Of a stretch of 32,000 nt of DNA, positions 23,011-30,855 are shown in pieces. Each line of letters begins with the position of its first letter. The stretch's first letter is position 1. Both the position numbers and the translations under genes were made by a program. This DNA is from Aliivibrio fischeri ES114 (GTDB taxonomy: Bacteria > Pseudomonadota > Gammaproteobacteria > Enterobacterales > Vibrionaceae), in assembly GCF_000011805.1 (NCBI RefSeq), contig NC_006840.2, one strand, 5' to 3'. The notes under the pieces were generated by a model. It had not been told where the DNA came from. It saw only the letters and a list, made by a program, of their open reading frames with translations, and did no database searches.

Positions 23011-23242
23011 CGATTTTATCTACCATAGATGCATGAGCAAGATTATCGCTGCGACCATGCCCCATAACCCATGTAAATAGGTCTGGATCATCACACTCTA
23101 ATAATGAAACAAAAGCTTGTTGCTCTGCTTCTGTTAGCTCTTCAAAACATTCATCAAAGAATGGCATTATTACCACGTCTAATTCCAGCATTCCACGACG
23201 GCAAGCCCACTTAACTCGTGCTTTTTCTTCGGCACTGTACAT
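22982..23242 (-). CDS. sdhE: FAD assembly factor SdhE (YgfY/CptB)
   Basis: 86 aa. [23 protein letters not shown]...[17 protein letters not shown] closely matches E. coli SdhE, including the RGxxE motif. Confidence 0.93.
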   Translation of the reverse strand: MYSAEEKARVKWACRRGMLELDVVIMPFFDECFEELTEAEQQAFVSLLECDDPDLFTWVMGHGRSDNLAHASMVDKIVEHNLSKLR

Positions 23243-23425
23243 ACTGTCCCCTAGCGTAAAAAATAAAATAACGGCCTTGAGTTTATCAGTCTATTTCAAC
23301 GACAACCATGATCTAAAGTCATAAGATGAAGAAGATGCGACATGAAACTACTTGTTTCTTTTTACTGACATTTAAAATTTAGACATTTACTATAAAGAAC
23401 ATAACCTAACTTAAATAAGAATTTT

Positions 23426-24382
23426 ATGATGAGCACTCTATTCCCAGCATTAAATTTAAATAAAGATGAGCCATTACCAAGCTTCACTGTCTCCGAGTTA
23501 AATGATTGGGCATTAATCACAATGATTGGTGCAGATAAAAAATCATACCTACAAGGTCAAGTTACTTGCGATGTTGTTTCTTTAGCTCAAGATGAGATCA
23601 CCTTCGGTGGGCATTGTGATGCAAAAGGGAAATTATGGAGTATCTTCCAGCTCTTTCATCACAATGATGGCTACGCTTTATTTCAGCGTAAAAGTGCTAT
23701 CGAAACAGAATTAACTGAAATAAAAAAATACGCTGTATTTTCTAAAGTCGATATTTCAATTAGTGATGAAATTTTACTTGGTTTTACTGGCGATAAAGCC
23801 CTTGAGTGGATAAATCAACATACTGATTCAAATGCCAACGTCCGAGTATCTAAATTTGGTACGTTTGCCAAAGTTAGCGATACACAATGGTTACTAGTAA
23901 CAACCGATGATAAAAAAGAGGAACTTCTTTCTTTATTATCAGAAGCAACACTATGCGATGAGGCTATATGGTCTTTGCACCACATTAAACACGCCTTACC
24001 ACAAATAGATGCCCCACTATGTAACGAACATATTCCTCAAGCACTAAATCTACAAGCCATCAATGGTATTAGCTTTAAAAAAGGGTGCTATACAGGTCAA
24101 GAAACCGTAGCAAGAGCAAAATACCGTGGTATAAACAAACGTGCTATGTACTTACTTTCAGGTCTCTCAGAGGCACGACCATGTGCCGGTGATGCTATTG
24201 AGCGTAGTGTGGGTGAAAATTGGCGTAAAGGCGGAACCATTGTTTCGGCATACCGCTTTGAAGATGGCCATACTCTTGCTCTAGCAATCCTTCCAAATGA
24301 TTTAGATGAAGATACACAATTCAAACTTCAAGAATCTATCTGGGAAAAAGTAGAATTACCTTACTCACTTAATGATGAGTAA
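23426..24382 (+). CDS. ygfZ: tRNA-modifying / Fe-S cluster repair folate-binding protein YgfZ
   Basis: 318 aa with conserved KKYAVFSKV and [21 protein letters not shown] (KGCYxGQE motif), ending in PYSL as in E. coli YgfZ. It is divergent from sdhE. The start is one of the tandem ATGs at 23426/23429. Confidence 0.92.
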   Translation: MMSTLFPALNLNKDEPLPSFTVSELNDWALITMIGADKKSYLQGQVTCDVVSLAQDEITFGGHCDAKGKLWSIFQLFHHNDGYALFQRKSAIETELTEIKKYAVFSKVDISISDEILLGFTGDKALEWINQHTDSNANVRVSKFGTFAKVSDTQWLLVTTDDKKEELLSLLSEATLCDEAIWSLHHIKHALPQIDAPLCNEHIPQALNLQAINGISFKKGCYTGQETVARAKYRGINKRAMYLLSGLSEARPCAGDAIERSVGENWRKGGTIVSAYRFEDGHTLALAILPNDLDEDTQFKLQESIWEKVELPYSLNDE

Positions 24383-24854
24383 GTTGCAAACATCTGTGAC
24401 GGATCTGCTTGATAAAGAGCAGATCCCTTACCGACTACTTCCACATAAAACTCCCGCAATCAGTGTTCAAGATGCAGCTGAACAGCGTGGAGTCTCTCCA
24501 TCTCAGATGGTTAAAACAATTGTTTTACGAGATATGGGTGGACGATTGGCTCTAGCTTGCGTTCCTGGAGATCAACAAGTAGATCCAAAAAAAGTACGAC
24601 AATTATTAGATTGCCGACGCATGACCTGTGTTTCATCTGATGAAGTAAAGCTAATTACAGGCTTTGAGATTGGTACGATAAACCCAATAGTAACAGCGAC
24701 ACCAATGCCTGTTTTTCTAGATATTCATTTCCAACAACATCAATATATTAATATATCTAGCGGCGATAGAATGGCAGGAATTGAATTAACACTCGCTGAC
24801 TTGTGTCATTTATGCCAACCAACTCTAGCTTCTTTGTGCCGAGAATTGGATTAA
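24372..24854 (+). CDS. YbaK/ProX/EbsC-family aminoacyl-tRNA editing (deacylase) domain protein
   Basis: 160 aa. It has the family-typical Lys context (QMVKTIVL, compare YbaK VYKTLLV) and the [10 protein letters not shown] motif (compare TGYLVGGISP). Its start ATGATGAGTAA overlaps the ygfZ stop by 11 nt. The subfamily and substrate are not assignable from sequence. Confidence 0.7.
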   Translation: MMSKLQTSVTDLLDKEQIPYRLLPHKTPAISVQDAAEQRGVSPSQMVKTIVLRDMGGRLALACVPGDQQVDPKKVRQLLDCRRMTCVSSDEVKLITGFEIGTINPIVTATPMPVFLDIHFQQHQYINISSGDRMAGIELTLADLCHLCQPTLASLCRELD

Positions 24855-25067
24855 TTTACATTCTTACATAACAAACTTGATCCATTACTCATTTCACCAC
24901 ATCAAAAGATGAATTATTATTTATTTTTTATGAATAAGTAGCATTTTGGTTAATTTTTAGTTATTTTGATTGTGTTCTTTTCTTACGAAAGAGCGCATAA
25001 ATTGTTTAACTCCAAACAATTTACTCCAATATACCTATATATATTGGAAATGCATCTGTGACTGTTT

Positions 25068-25095
25068 GCCCGAACTCTGTTTCGGGCTTTTTTTT
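25068..25095 (+). terminator. Orphan rho-independent terminator in the ybaK-like/ytfK intergenic gap
   Basis: Stem gcccgaa (25068..25074) / ttcgggc (25081..25087) with a 6-nt loop, followed by T8 (25088..25095). It lies 214 nt downstream of the nearest + strand stop codon (24854). Confidence 0.7.
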
Positions 25096-25260
25096 AATAT
25101 TTTTATCTAGATAAAGATCAAATATCAGCATATTAAAATATTAATAATATGCTCCTCCTCACCTTATCCCAATTTTGCAACATATATGTCACATAAATTT
25201 GGTTATAATGCTATCCAGAGCATAAAAGCTCGTTTGTTTTAATCACTGAAGGATAATGTG

Positions 25261-25464
25261 ATGCGATTTTTTAAGCACTATGCACCGAGCATGATTGCGA
25301 AACATATTAGTCGACTATTTAATGGAAAGATTCATATTCACGGCATTGGCGAGTTTCGATTTAAAGATGGTCAATTAGTAGCTCCTACAGAAGCGGAGCG
25401 TGAACACTATAAAATGGTAAAAGAAATTAACTCAGAAATAACTCGGTTGAAAATGGCTTATTAA
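25261..25464 (+). CDS. ytfK: DUF1107-family small protein, YtfK-like
   Basis: 67 aa from ATG 25261, with a GAAGGA RBS 7 nt upstream. MRFFKHYAPSMIAKHISRLFNGKIHIHGIGEFRFKDGQLVAP aligns colinearly with my recollection of E. coli YtfK ([42 protein letters not shown]) and is the same length. A strong terminator follows. Confidence 0.65.
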   Translation: MRFFKHYAPSMIAKHISRLFNGKIHIHGIGEFRFKDGQLVAPTEAEREHYKMVKEINSEITRLKMAY

Positions 25465-25468
25465 AAAT

Positions 25469-25500
25469 AAAGGTAGCATTACGCTACCTTTTTTGTTTTT
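25469..25500. terminator. Bidirectional terminator between convergent ytfK-like gene and ubiI
   Basis: A 9-bp stem aaaggtagc (25469..25477) / gctaccttt (25483..25491) with a 5-nt loop. T-rich tracts follow on both strands (TTTGTTTTT on plus, TTATTTTTAA on minus). Confidence 0.8.
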
Positions 25501-25509
25501 AACTAAATA

Positions 25510-26718
25510 CTATTTTTTTGCTATTTCTGGTAAATGTCCAGATAAGCCTAGCGCTCTTTTTAAGCATTCATCTTTAACAGGCGATAGCTCATTCGTTAAT
25601 GACATTCCCACCCCTCGAATGAACTTCTTAACTGGATTGCTTCCAGAAAATAACTCTTTAAATCCTTGCATAGAGGCAATCATTTGAGCGGCTTCTGCTT
25701 TTCTCCATCGCTCAAAAGAACGTAAATTAACTTTTAAACCGATGTCTTTACTTTCATTTTGTAACGCTAAAATCGTTTCAGCTAATGCAGCAGCATCGGC
25801 AAGTCCAAGATTCACACCTTGCCCAGCTAAAGGATGAATAGTATGCGCAGCATCACCGACTAATACCGCTCGCTCACGAACGAAATCTTTGGCATAACGC
25901 ATCTTTAATGGAAAAGCTTGGCGAGTCCCTTCAACAGAACATAGCCCAAGTTGATTATCAAATGCCGTAGTTAAACGTTTATTGAAATCATCTTCAGGCA
26001 TCGAAACTAAATCTTCGGCTTGTAAAGGGTCAAGAGACCATACAATAGAGCTTAAATTCGGTTCACCTAATGGTAAAAATGCAAGCGGTCCTTCAGGTCT
26101 AAATATTTGTCGAGCGGTTGCATTATGAGTATCTACAGTTCGAATATTTGCAACCAGAGCGCTATGACCGTAATCCCAATGTGTTAAAGGAATATCTAAC
26201 TGATTACGTAACCATGAATTTGCACCATCCGCACCAACCACCAACTTTGCGGTAATTGCTTTACCTGATTCTAAATTAATCCAAGCTTCACTTTCGCCAA
26301 ACATAATATTAGTGCATCGTTCTGGCGCTAATAATGTAACGTTTTCTTGTTTTGAAATTTTATCCAAAAGAGAAAGTTGTATAACTCGGTTTTCGACAAT
26401 ATGTCCTAAATTATGCTGAGCGATGTCCTCTGCTTCAAATTCAATCTTAGCAAAGCTGTCTTGCTCCCATACTCGCATCGATGTGTATGGTGCTGCACGA
26501 CGTGACAAGATTCCCTGCCATGCTCCAACATTATTTAAAATATTTTCACTTGCTCGACTGATCGCTGAAACTCGAATATCAGGTAAAGAGGCTAATTCCT
26601 CTTCAGGCAGTTGGCTTTCAATGACTGCGATTCTTAATCCACTGTTTTCTAATGCAGCGGCTACGGTTAAACCAACCATACCGCCACCAATAATCGCAAT
26701 ATCTACACTCTGCATCAT
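25510..26718 (-). CDS. ubiI: 2-polyprenylphenol 6-hydroxylase UbiI (VisC), FAD-dependent monooxygenase
   Basis: MMQSVDIAIIGGGMVGLTVAAAL aligns with E. coli UbiI MQSVDVAIVGGGMVGLAVA. It has the GDAAHTIHPLAGQGVNLG flavoprotein hydroxylase motif and lies directly downstream of ubiH, as in E. coli. The start is 26718 or 26715. Confidence 0.88.
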   Translation of the reverse strand: MMQSVDIAIIGGGMVGLTVAAALENSGLRIAVIESQLPEEELASLPDIRVSAISRASENILNNVGAWQGILSRRAAPYTSMRVWEQDSFAKIEFEAEDIAQHNLGHIVENRVIQLSLLDKISKQENVTLLAPERCTNIMFGESEAWINLESGKAITAKLVVGADGANSWLRNQLDIPLTHWDYGHSALVANIRTVDTHNATARQIFRPEGPLAFLPLGEPNLSSIVWSLDPLQAEDLVSMPEDDFNKRLTTAFDNQLGLCSVEGTRQAFPLKMRYAKDFVRERAVLVGDAAHTIHPLAGQGVNLGLADAAALAETILALQNESKDIGLKVNLRSFERWRKAEAAQMIASMQGFKELFSGSNPVKKFIRGVGMSLTNELSPVKDECLKRALGLSGHLPEIAKK

Positions 26719-26720
26719 AA

Positions 26721-27920
26721 TTATCTTTTCACTCTACCCATTGCTCGTAATGTCGCGGGTTTTAATAAAAAACGGAAAGTATCAACCGCATACAAACCAA
26801 TATTTCGTCCAATTACCATTGGGAATGAATGAGTTGCAAAGATAGAAATTAATCCTGCAGTCATCGTTATGGTTTGCTGTTGGTCTGGTTCTCGTCGATT
26901 CTGATACTCAGCTAGCACCGAATAATCACCAATATCTTGACCATTCAAAGAAGCTTGAGTAATACATTCACTTAATGAAAATACATCTCTTATTCCAAGG
27001 TTAAACCCTTGGCCTGCAATCGGATGCAGAGTTTGGGCTGCGTTACCAATAGCAGCAAAACGATGGGAAACATGCTGTTTTTGACGACGAAGTAACAAAG
27101 GATAATGTGCTCGCTTACCCGTTTTTATTAACTTACCAAGGCGCCAACCAAATTCATGTTGTAGATGCGCTAAAAATTGCTCATCACTGTACTCTAATAT
27201 TTCCTGCGATGCTTCAGGAGTAACACACCATACAAGTGAGCTACGACCATTAGACATCGGCAAGAGAGCGACAGGGCCATGCTCAGTAAAACGCTCAAAT
27301 GCTTTTCCTTGAGGATGGAGCTCTGTTGTCACATTAGCGATGATAGCGACCTGCTCAAAATCAAACACTTCAGATTCTAATTGCATGCTTTTGCACGTGG
27401 CAGATTCAGCGCCATCTGCTGCAACAACCAAAGATGCAGAAATAACCTTTCCTGTAGAGAGCGTTATCTTAGTCAGTGCTAACTCTCGCTCAAGATGAGA
27501 AACCGATGCAGGGCAAATAAGTTCTATATCTGAAGAGTTTATTAATTTTTTATGATAAAAATCACCAATATCAGCAAGCTCAACAACATAACCAAGATCA
27601 TCAACGTTCAATTCTTTTGATGTTAACTCTGTTATTCCTGCATGTTGCTGATCTGAGATGTGAATATGCTTTATTGGTGTTGCTAACGGGGCGATATCTG
27701 ACCACAAAGCAATGTCTTTCAATAGCTGCGCAGTTCCATTAGAAAGAGCAATACTTCGAGAATCATATCCTGGGTGAGAATCAAGTTTTGGTTCGACAGC
27801 TTCAATAACCGCAATCGAAAGACGCCCTTGATTCATTTTTTCTAATGCTAAAGCGAGTGTTGCTCCCGCCATCGCACCACCAACAATAACTACATCATAA
27901 TGTGTCATTCTAGAATCCAT
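26721..27920 (-). CDS. ubiH: 2-octaprenyl-6-methoxyphenol hydroxylase UbiH
   Basis: Contains VVIVGGAMAGATLALAL, AFERFTEHGPVALLPMSNGRSSLVWC and GNAAQTLHPIAGQGFNLGIRDV, all close to E. coli UbiH. The start is 27920 (overlapping the ygfB stop as TAATG) or ATG 27908. Confidence 0.9.
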   Translation of the reverse strand: MDSRMTHYDVVIVGGAMAGATLALALEKMNQGRLSIAVIEAVEPKLDSHPGYDSRSIALSNGTAQLLKDIALWSDIAPLATPIKHIHISDQQHAGITELTSKELNVDDLGYVVELADIGDFYHKKLINSSDIELICPASVSHLERELALTKITLSTGKVISASLVVAADGAESATCKSMQLESEVFDFEQVAIIANVTTELHPQGKAFERFTEHGPVALLPMSNGRSSLVWCVTPEASQEILEYSDEQFLAHLQHEFGWRLGKLIKTGKRAHYPLLLRRQKQHVSHRFAAIGNAAQTLHPIAGQGFNLGIRDVFSLSECITQASLNGQDIGDYSVLAEYQNRREPDQQQTITMTAGLISIFATHSFPMVIGRNIGLYAVDTFRFLLKPATLRAMGRVKR

Positions 27921-28489
27921 TAATGCACTGTTTTAGATGCATCGGTATGTATTTGCTGACCTAATTCAGCATGAATAGTAAGAACACAAATGCGCACATG
28001 CTCTACTATTTGTTCGAAGAGACTTTCTTGTTCTTCAAGATCATCCTCTTCATCAATACCTAAACGTGCAATTTCTTCTAAATCAGCTAACGCTTCTTTC
28101 AATGCATCAGATGTTTTATCTAATTTAAGCTCAACTAAACCTAAACCAGAGATAAAATGGTTAACCCACTCACTTAACCCATCTGCTCGATTCATTAAGC
28201 TCTCTTTCTCACTAGGGATTAACAACTCTAAAGCCAGCTTTTCAGCCGTTAATTCAGCAACTGTGCATTGAAATACCGCACTTCCCACTTTAATTGCACT
28301 GTCTGGCCATCCCATACCATCGTTAGTGTAATCATAAATCAATGGCTTCCAGGTTTGATCGTCAAGAGATAGACCACCGCTTATCATGCCAACTAATAGA
28401 CCATGCAATTCTGATGGTGTAACTGCAAGTCCACTGTCTTTTAAAGCTGACTCAACGGTTAAAAACTCTGGCATTTTAATTTCGCTCAT
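27920..28489 (-). CDS. ygfB: UPF0149 family protein YgfB
   Basis: 189 aa. The motifs LTPSELHGLLVGMISGG and ADGLSEWVNHFISGLGL and the acidic C-terminal region parallel E. coli YgfB. It is divergent from zapA, as in E. coli. Confidence 0.88.
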   Translation of the reverse strand: MSEIKMPEFLTVESALKDSGLAVTPSELHGLLVGMISGGLSLDDQTWKPLIYDYTNDGMGWPDSAIKVGSAVFQCTVAELTAEKLALELLIPSEKESLMNRADGLSEWVNHFISGLGLVELKLDKTSDALKEALADLEEIARLGIDEEDDLEEQESLFEQIVEHVRICVLTIHAELGQQIHTDASKTVH

Positions 28490-28727
28490 ATTTGACGATC
28501 TCTAGATTAGGATTAATATCTCCATGCTACCACTTCATGCATTTTCAGAAAACTCACTATCTCTCGCAATTGAGTATCTTTTCATCAGATTGTTGTTTTA
28601 TTAAGAATATAGTTAACCACCATCAACAAAGCGATGCGAAATACTTGAATCTTTTTACATCATTTCTTATAGTTTCATTCACTTATCACTGGTTATTTAT
28701 GAAGTCAGTGAATCTTATAGTTTAACG

Positions 28728-29069
28728 ATGAGTAATGTATTGATGACAAGCCAAGCCGTGCAAGTCCAAATATTAGGACGAGCCATCAAGGTTAACTGCC
28801 CTGCTGGTCAAGAAGCTGCATTAAAAGAAGCCGCTCAAGATTTAGATAATCGTGTAAATGAATTATCTGAACGAACCAAAGTAACCAATACTGAACAGTT
28901 ATTGACTATTACGTCGTTAAATATCTGCTACGAACTTCATGCGGCTAAAAAAGAGGCAAGTAAACATTCTTCCGATGTTTATGAACGCATGGGATTGCTT
29001 GCAAGCGCATTAGAAGCTGCAATTTCTACAGTTAAGCCTAGCCAAACAGAAGAAAGTACGGCAGAATAG
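28728..29069 (+). CDS. zapA: Cell division protein ZapA
   Basis: 113 aa. VQILGRAIKVNCPAGQEAALKEAAQDLDNRVNELSERTKVTNTEQLL aligns with E. coli ZapA [47 protein letters not shown]. It lies upstream of ssrS. Confidence 0.93.
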   Translation: MSNVLMTSQAVQVQILGRAIKVNCPAGQEAALKEAAQDLDNRVNELSERTKVTNTEQLLTITSLNICYELHAAKKEASKHSSDVYERMGLLASALEAAISTVKPSQTEESTAE

Positions 29070-29099
29070 AAACATCGCTAAGGATAGCAAAAGAATAAA

Positions 29100-29282
29100 A
29101 TTTACCCTGGAGTGTTTGTAGGCGGATCTATGTCCCTGAGCCGATAAGCACAAATTAGGGTTAGTACTTGTTTGCTATTGAGCATGCTCGGCTTGTACTG
29201 AGAAGCCTACGGTAAACTTTGCTGATCCGCCTTGAACCTAGGGTTCAAGGGCTACGACCACTACGGCACTTTGGGGTATTCC
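29100..29282 (+). ncRNA. ssrS: 6S RNA (SsrS), RNA polymerase sigma70-holoenzyme regulator
   Basis: This ~183-nt stretch is colinear with E. coli 6S RNA. Shared blocks are AUUU..CUGGAG at the 5' end, CCCUGAGCCGAUA, GAGCAUGCUCGG, GAGAAGCCU, CCUUGAACCnAGGGUUCAAGGGyUAC and the 3' GGCAyyUyGGrGnAUUCC. The 5' ACCCUGGAGUG pairs with the 3' CACUUUGGGGU to form the closing stem. The zapA-ssrS-5FCL synteny is conserved. The ends are approximate, within a few nt. Confidence 0.9.
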
Positions 29283-29864
29283 ATGACATCTCGTCGACTC
29301 ATTCGACAATCTACACGTCAACGTCGTAACGCTTTATCTCCTATTGAACAATCTCAAGCAGCCAACGCTCTTGTCCAGCAGTGTTCTATCAACCCTGTAA
29401 TTCAAAAAGCACACTCTATTGCAGTCTATTTATCTTCCGATGGTGAAATTGATACCAATCCACTCATCACTTGGTTATGGGCACAGGGCAAACAAGTCGC
29501 TTTACCTGTAATACACCCATTCTCAAAGGGTCATTTATTATTCCTTGAGTACACTGAAAACTCACCGCTTGTTCATAATAAATATCAGATCCTAGAACCC
29601 AAACTAAACAAAACTACAATTATACCGACCTCTGAATTAGATCTAATTTTGACGCCGTTAGTTGCTTTTGATCATACCGGTAATCGTTTAGGTATGGGCG
29701 GAGGATATTATGATCGAACCCTCTCTAATTGGCACTCCGCTCAGCAAGGTCCAATGCCGATAGGGTTATCACACACTTGCCAGCAAGTTTCATCGTTACC
29801 GATTGAATCTTGGGATGTACCACTTCCTCAAATCATCACACCTCAAAAAACATGGCACTGGTAA
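29283..29864 (+). CDS. ygfA: 5-formyltetrahydrofolate cyclo-ligase (YgfA/Fau)
   Basis: Contains the family motifs LTPLVAFDHTGNRLGMGGGYYDR and ESWDVPL. The track start (TTG 29232) lies inside the 6S RNA, so I trimmed it to ATG 29283 (MTSRRLIRQ), immediately after the 6S 3' end. Confidence 0.88.
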   Translation: MTSRRLIRQSTRQRRNALSPIEQSQAANALVQQCSINPVIQKAHSIAVYLSSDGEIDTNPLITWLWAQGKQVALPVIHPFSKGHLLFLEYTENSPLVHNKYQILEPKLNKTTIIPTSELDLILTPLVAFDHTGNRLGMGGGYYDRTLSNWHSAQQGPMPIGLSHTCQQVSSLPIESWDVPLPQIITPQKTWHW

Positions 29865-29933
29865 ATAGTTAGCCGAAACCGTTTGCTTTGCTTGTATTTT
29901 ATTCATTTTTTACGCTTTACTGACTTATTTTTT

Positions 29934-29962
29934 CTGACGAAGAAAAAACTCTACGCTATAAT
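29934..29962 (+). promoter_or_regulatory. Candidate sigma70 promoter of rpiA
   Basis: cTGACg (29934..29939), 17-nt spacer, then a perfect TATAAT (29957..29962). It lies about 40 nt upstream of the rpiA ATG, which has an AGGAGAAGG RBS. Confidence 0.4.
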
Positions 29963-30004
29963 CACGCCGCTTTCATTTGCACATTATATTTCTAGGAGAA
30001 GGTC

Positions 30005-30661
30005 ATGACTCAAGACGAGATGAAAAAAGCAGCTGGTTGGGCAGCGTTAGAATACGTAGAAGCTGGCAGCATTGTTGGTGTGGGTACAGGTTCAACCGTA
30101 AACCATTTCATCGACGCACTTGCGACCATGAAGAATGAAATTAAAGGCGCAGTATCAAGCTCAGTAGCTTCAACAGAGAAGTTAAAAGAACTGGGTATTG
30201 AAGTTTTTGATTGTAATGATGTTGCAGGCCTTGATGTTTATGTTGATGGTGCCGACGAAATTAACGGCAAGAATGAAATGATTAAAGGCGGCGGCGCTGC
30301 TCTTACTCGTGAAAAAATCGTTGCTGCAATTTCTGATAAATTTATCTGTATTGTTGATGACACAAAGCAAGTTGATGTTTTAGGTCAATTCCCACTTCCT
30401 GTTGAAGTTATTCCAATGGCTCGCTCTTATGTTGCTCGTGAGTTAGTTAAATTAGGTGGCGATCCTGCATACCGTGAAGGCGTAATTACCGATAATGGTA
30501 ATGTGATCCTTGATGTTCACGGTATGAAAATTACAGATGCAAAAGATCTAGAAGATAAAATCAATGCTCTTCCAGGCGTAGTAACTGTAGGTTTATTTGC
30601 ACACCGCGGTGCAGATGTCCTATTAGTAGGGGCTCCAGAAGGCGTTAAGAAGTTCGACTAA
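30005..30661 (+). CDS. rpiA: Ribose-5-phosphate isomerase A
   Basis: 218 aa. [39 protein letters not shown] and [23 protein letters not shown] are near-identical to E. coli RpiA. Confidence 0.97.
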   Translation: MTQDEMKKAAGWAALEYVEAGSIVGVGTGSTVNHFIDALATMKNEIKGAVSSSVASTEKLKELGIEVFDCNDVAGLDVYVDGADEINGKNEMIKGGGAALTREKIVAAISDKFICIVDDTKQVDVLGQFPLPVEVIPMARSYVARELVKLGGDPAYREGVITDNGNVILDVHGMKITDAKDLEDKINALPGVVTVGLFAHRGADVLLVGAPEGVKKFD

Positions 30662-30722
30662 ATAACTACCTTAACTTAATGTTCCCTTATTTAAGAGGGA
30701 GCAAAAATGTTATTTCATTACA

Positions 30723-30750
30723 AACGGTGCTCATTAGCACCGTTTTTTAT
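30723..30750 (+). terminator. Rho-independent terminator downstream of rpiA
   Basis: Stem aacggtgct (30723..30731) / agcaccgtt (30736..30744) with a 4-nt loop, followed by TTTTTAT. Confidence 0.8.
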
Positions 30751-30855
30751 TAACTATTCCGTAATTTTCTTACCCAAACTGATTATTTTTTGATACTTTA
30801 TAATCAGCAAGCAATAAATCACATCATAATTTTGTTTTTAAGGATAAGAACGACC

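Noticed and set aside
23326-23382. 18-codon ORF (MKKMRHETTCFFLLTFKI) in the sdhE-ygfZ divergent spacer
   Set aside because: It has no RBS and lies in a divergent promoter region. It is too short and unsupported to call without expression or conservation data.
24909-24941. 10-codon mini-ORF MNYYLFFMNK (Tyr/Phe-rich) upstream of the orphan terminator, as a possible aromatic-amino-acid attenuation leader peptide
   Set aside because: There is no Shine-Dalgarno and no aromatic-amino-acid biosynthesis or transport gene downstream. The ~125-nt distance to the terminator lacks an obvious alternative antiterminator pairing. AT-rich sequence readily yields such codons.
25021-25131. 36-aa minus-strand ORF (MLIFDLYLDKNIKKKPETEFGQ...) crossing the orphan terminator, as a possible type I toxin
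   Set aside because: It has no RBS, is not hydrophobic or TM-like, and is encoded across a hairpin whose polarity fits a + strand terminator.
25186-25203. Pho-box-like sequence aTGTCACATAAATTTGGT upstream of the ytfK-like gene
   Set aside because: Only the first 7-bp half-site resembles CTGTCAT. The second half-site is poor and the spacing to the -10 element is atypical. It is mentioned only as a testable hint in the ytfK finding.
26423-26845. 140-aa + strand ORF spanning the ubiI/ubiH junction on the antisense strand
   Set aside because: It is the longest shadow ORF, but it is antisense to two conserved flavoprotein genes. It is Ser/Ile/Ala-rich with no recognisable motif and no promoter or RBS context.
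28492-28725. 77-aa ORF filling the ygfB-zapA divergent intergenic region
   Set aside because: It has a TTG start, no Shine-Dalgarno and an AT-rich-driven composition (F/I/L/S/H/C-rich). It occupies exactly the divergent promoter region, so it is most likely a chance open frame. It could be revisited if ribosome profiling shows translation.
29232-29282. 5' extensions of ORF-track models: ygfA from TTG 29232, mazG from 3421, rlmD from 8466, rpoE from 20677, nadB from 20939 and rseA from 20060
   Set aside because: The extensions are not supported by alignment with E. coli orthologue N-termini. They also overlap an RNA gene, a terminator or promoter elements. Internal ATGs match the orthologue starts.
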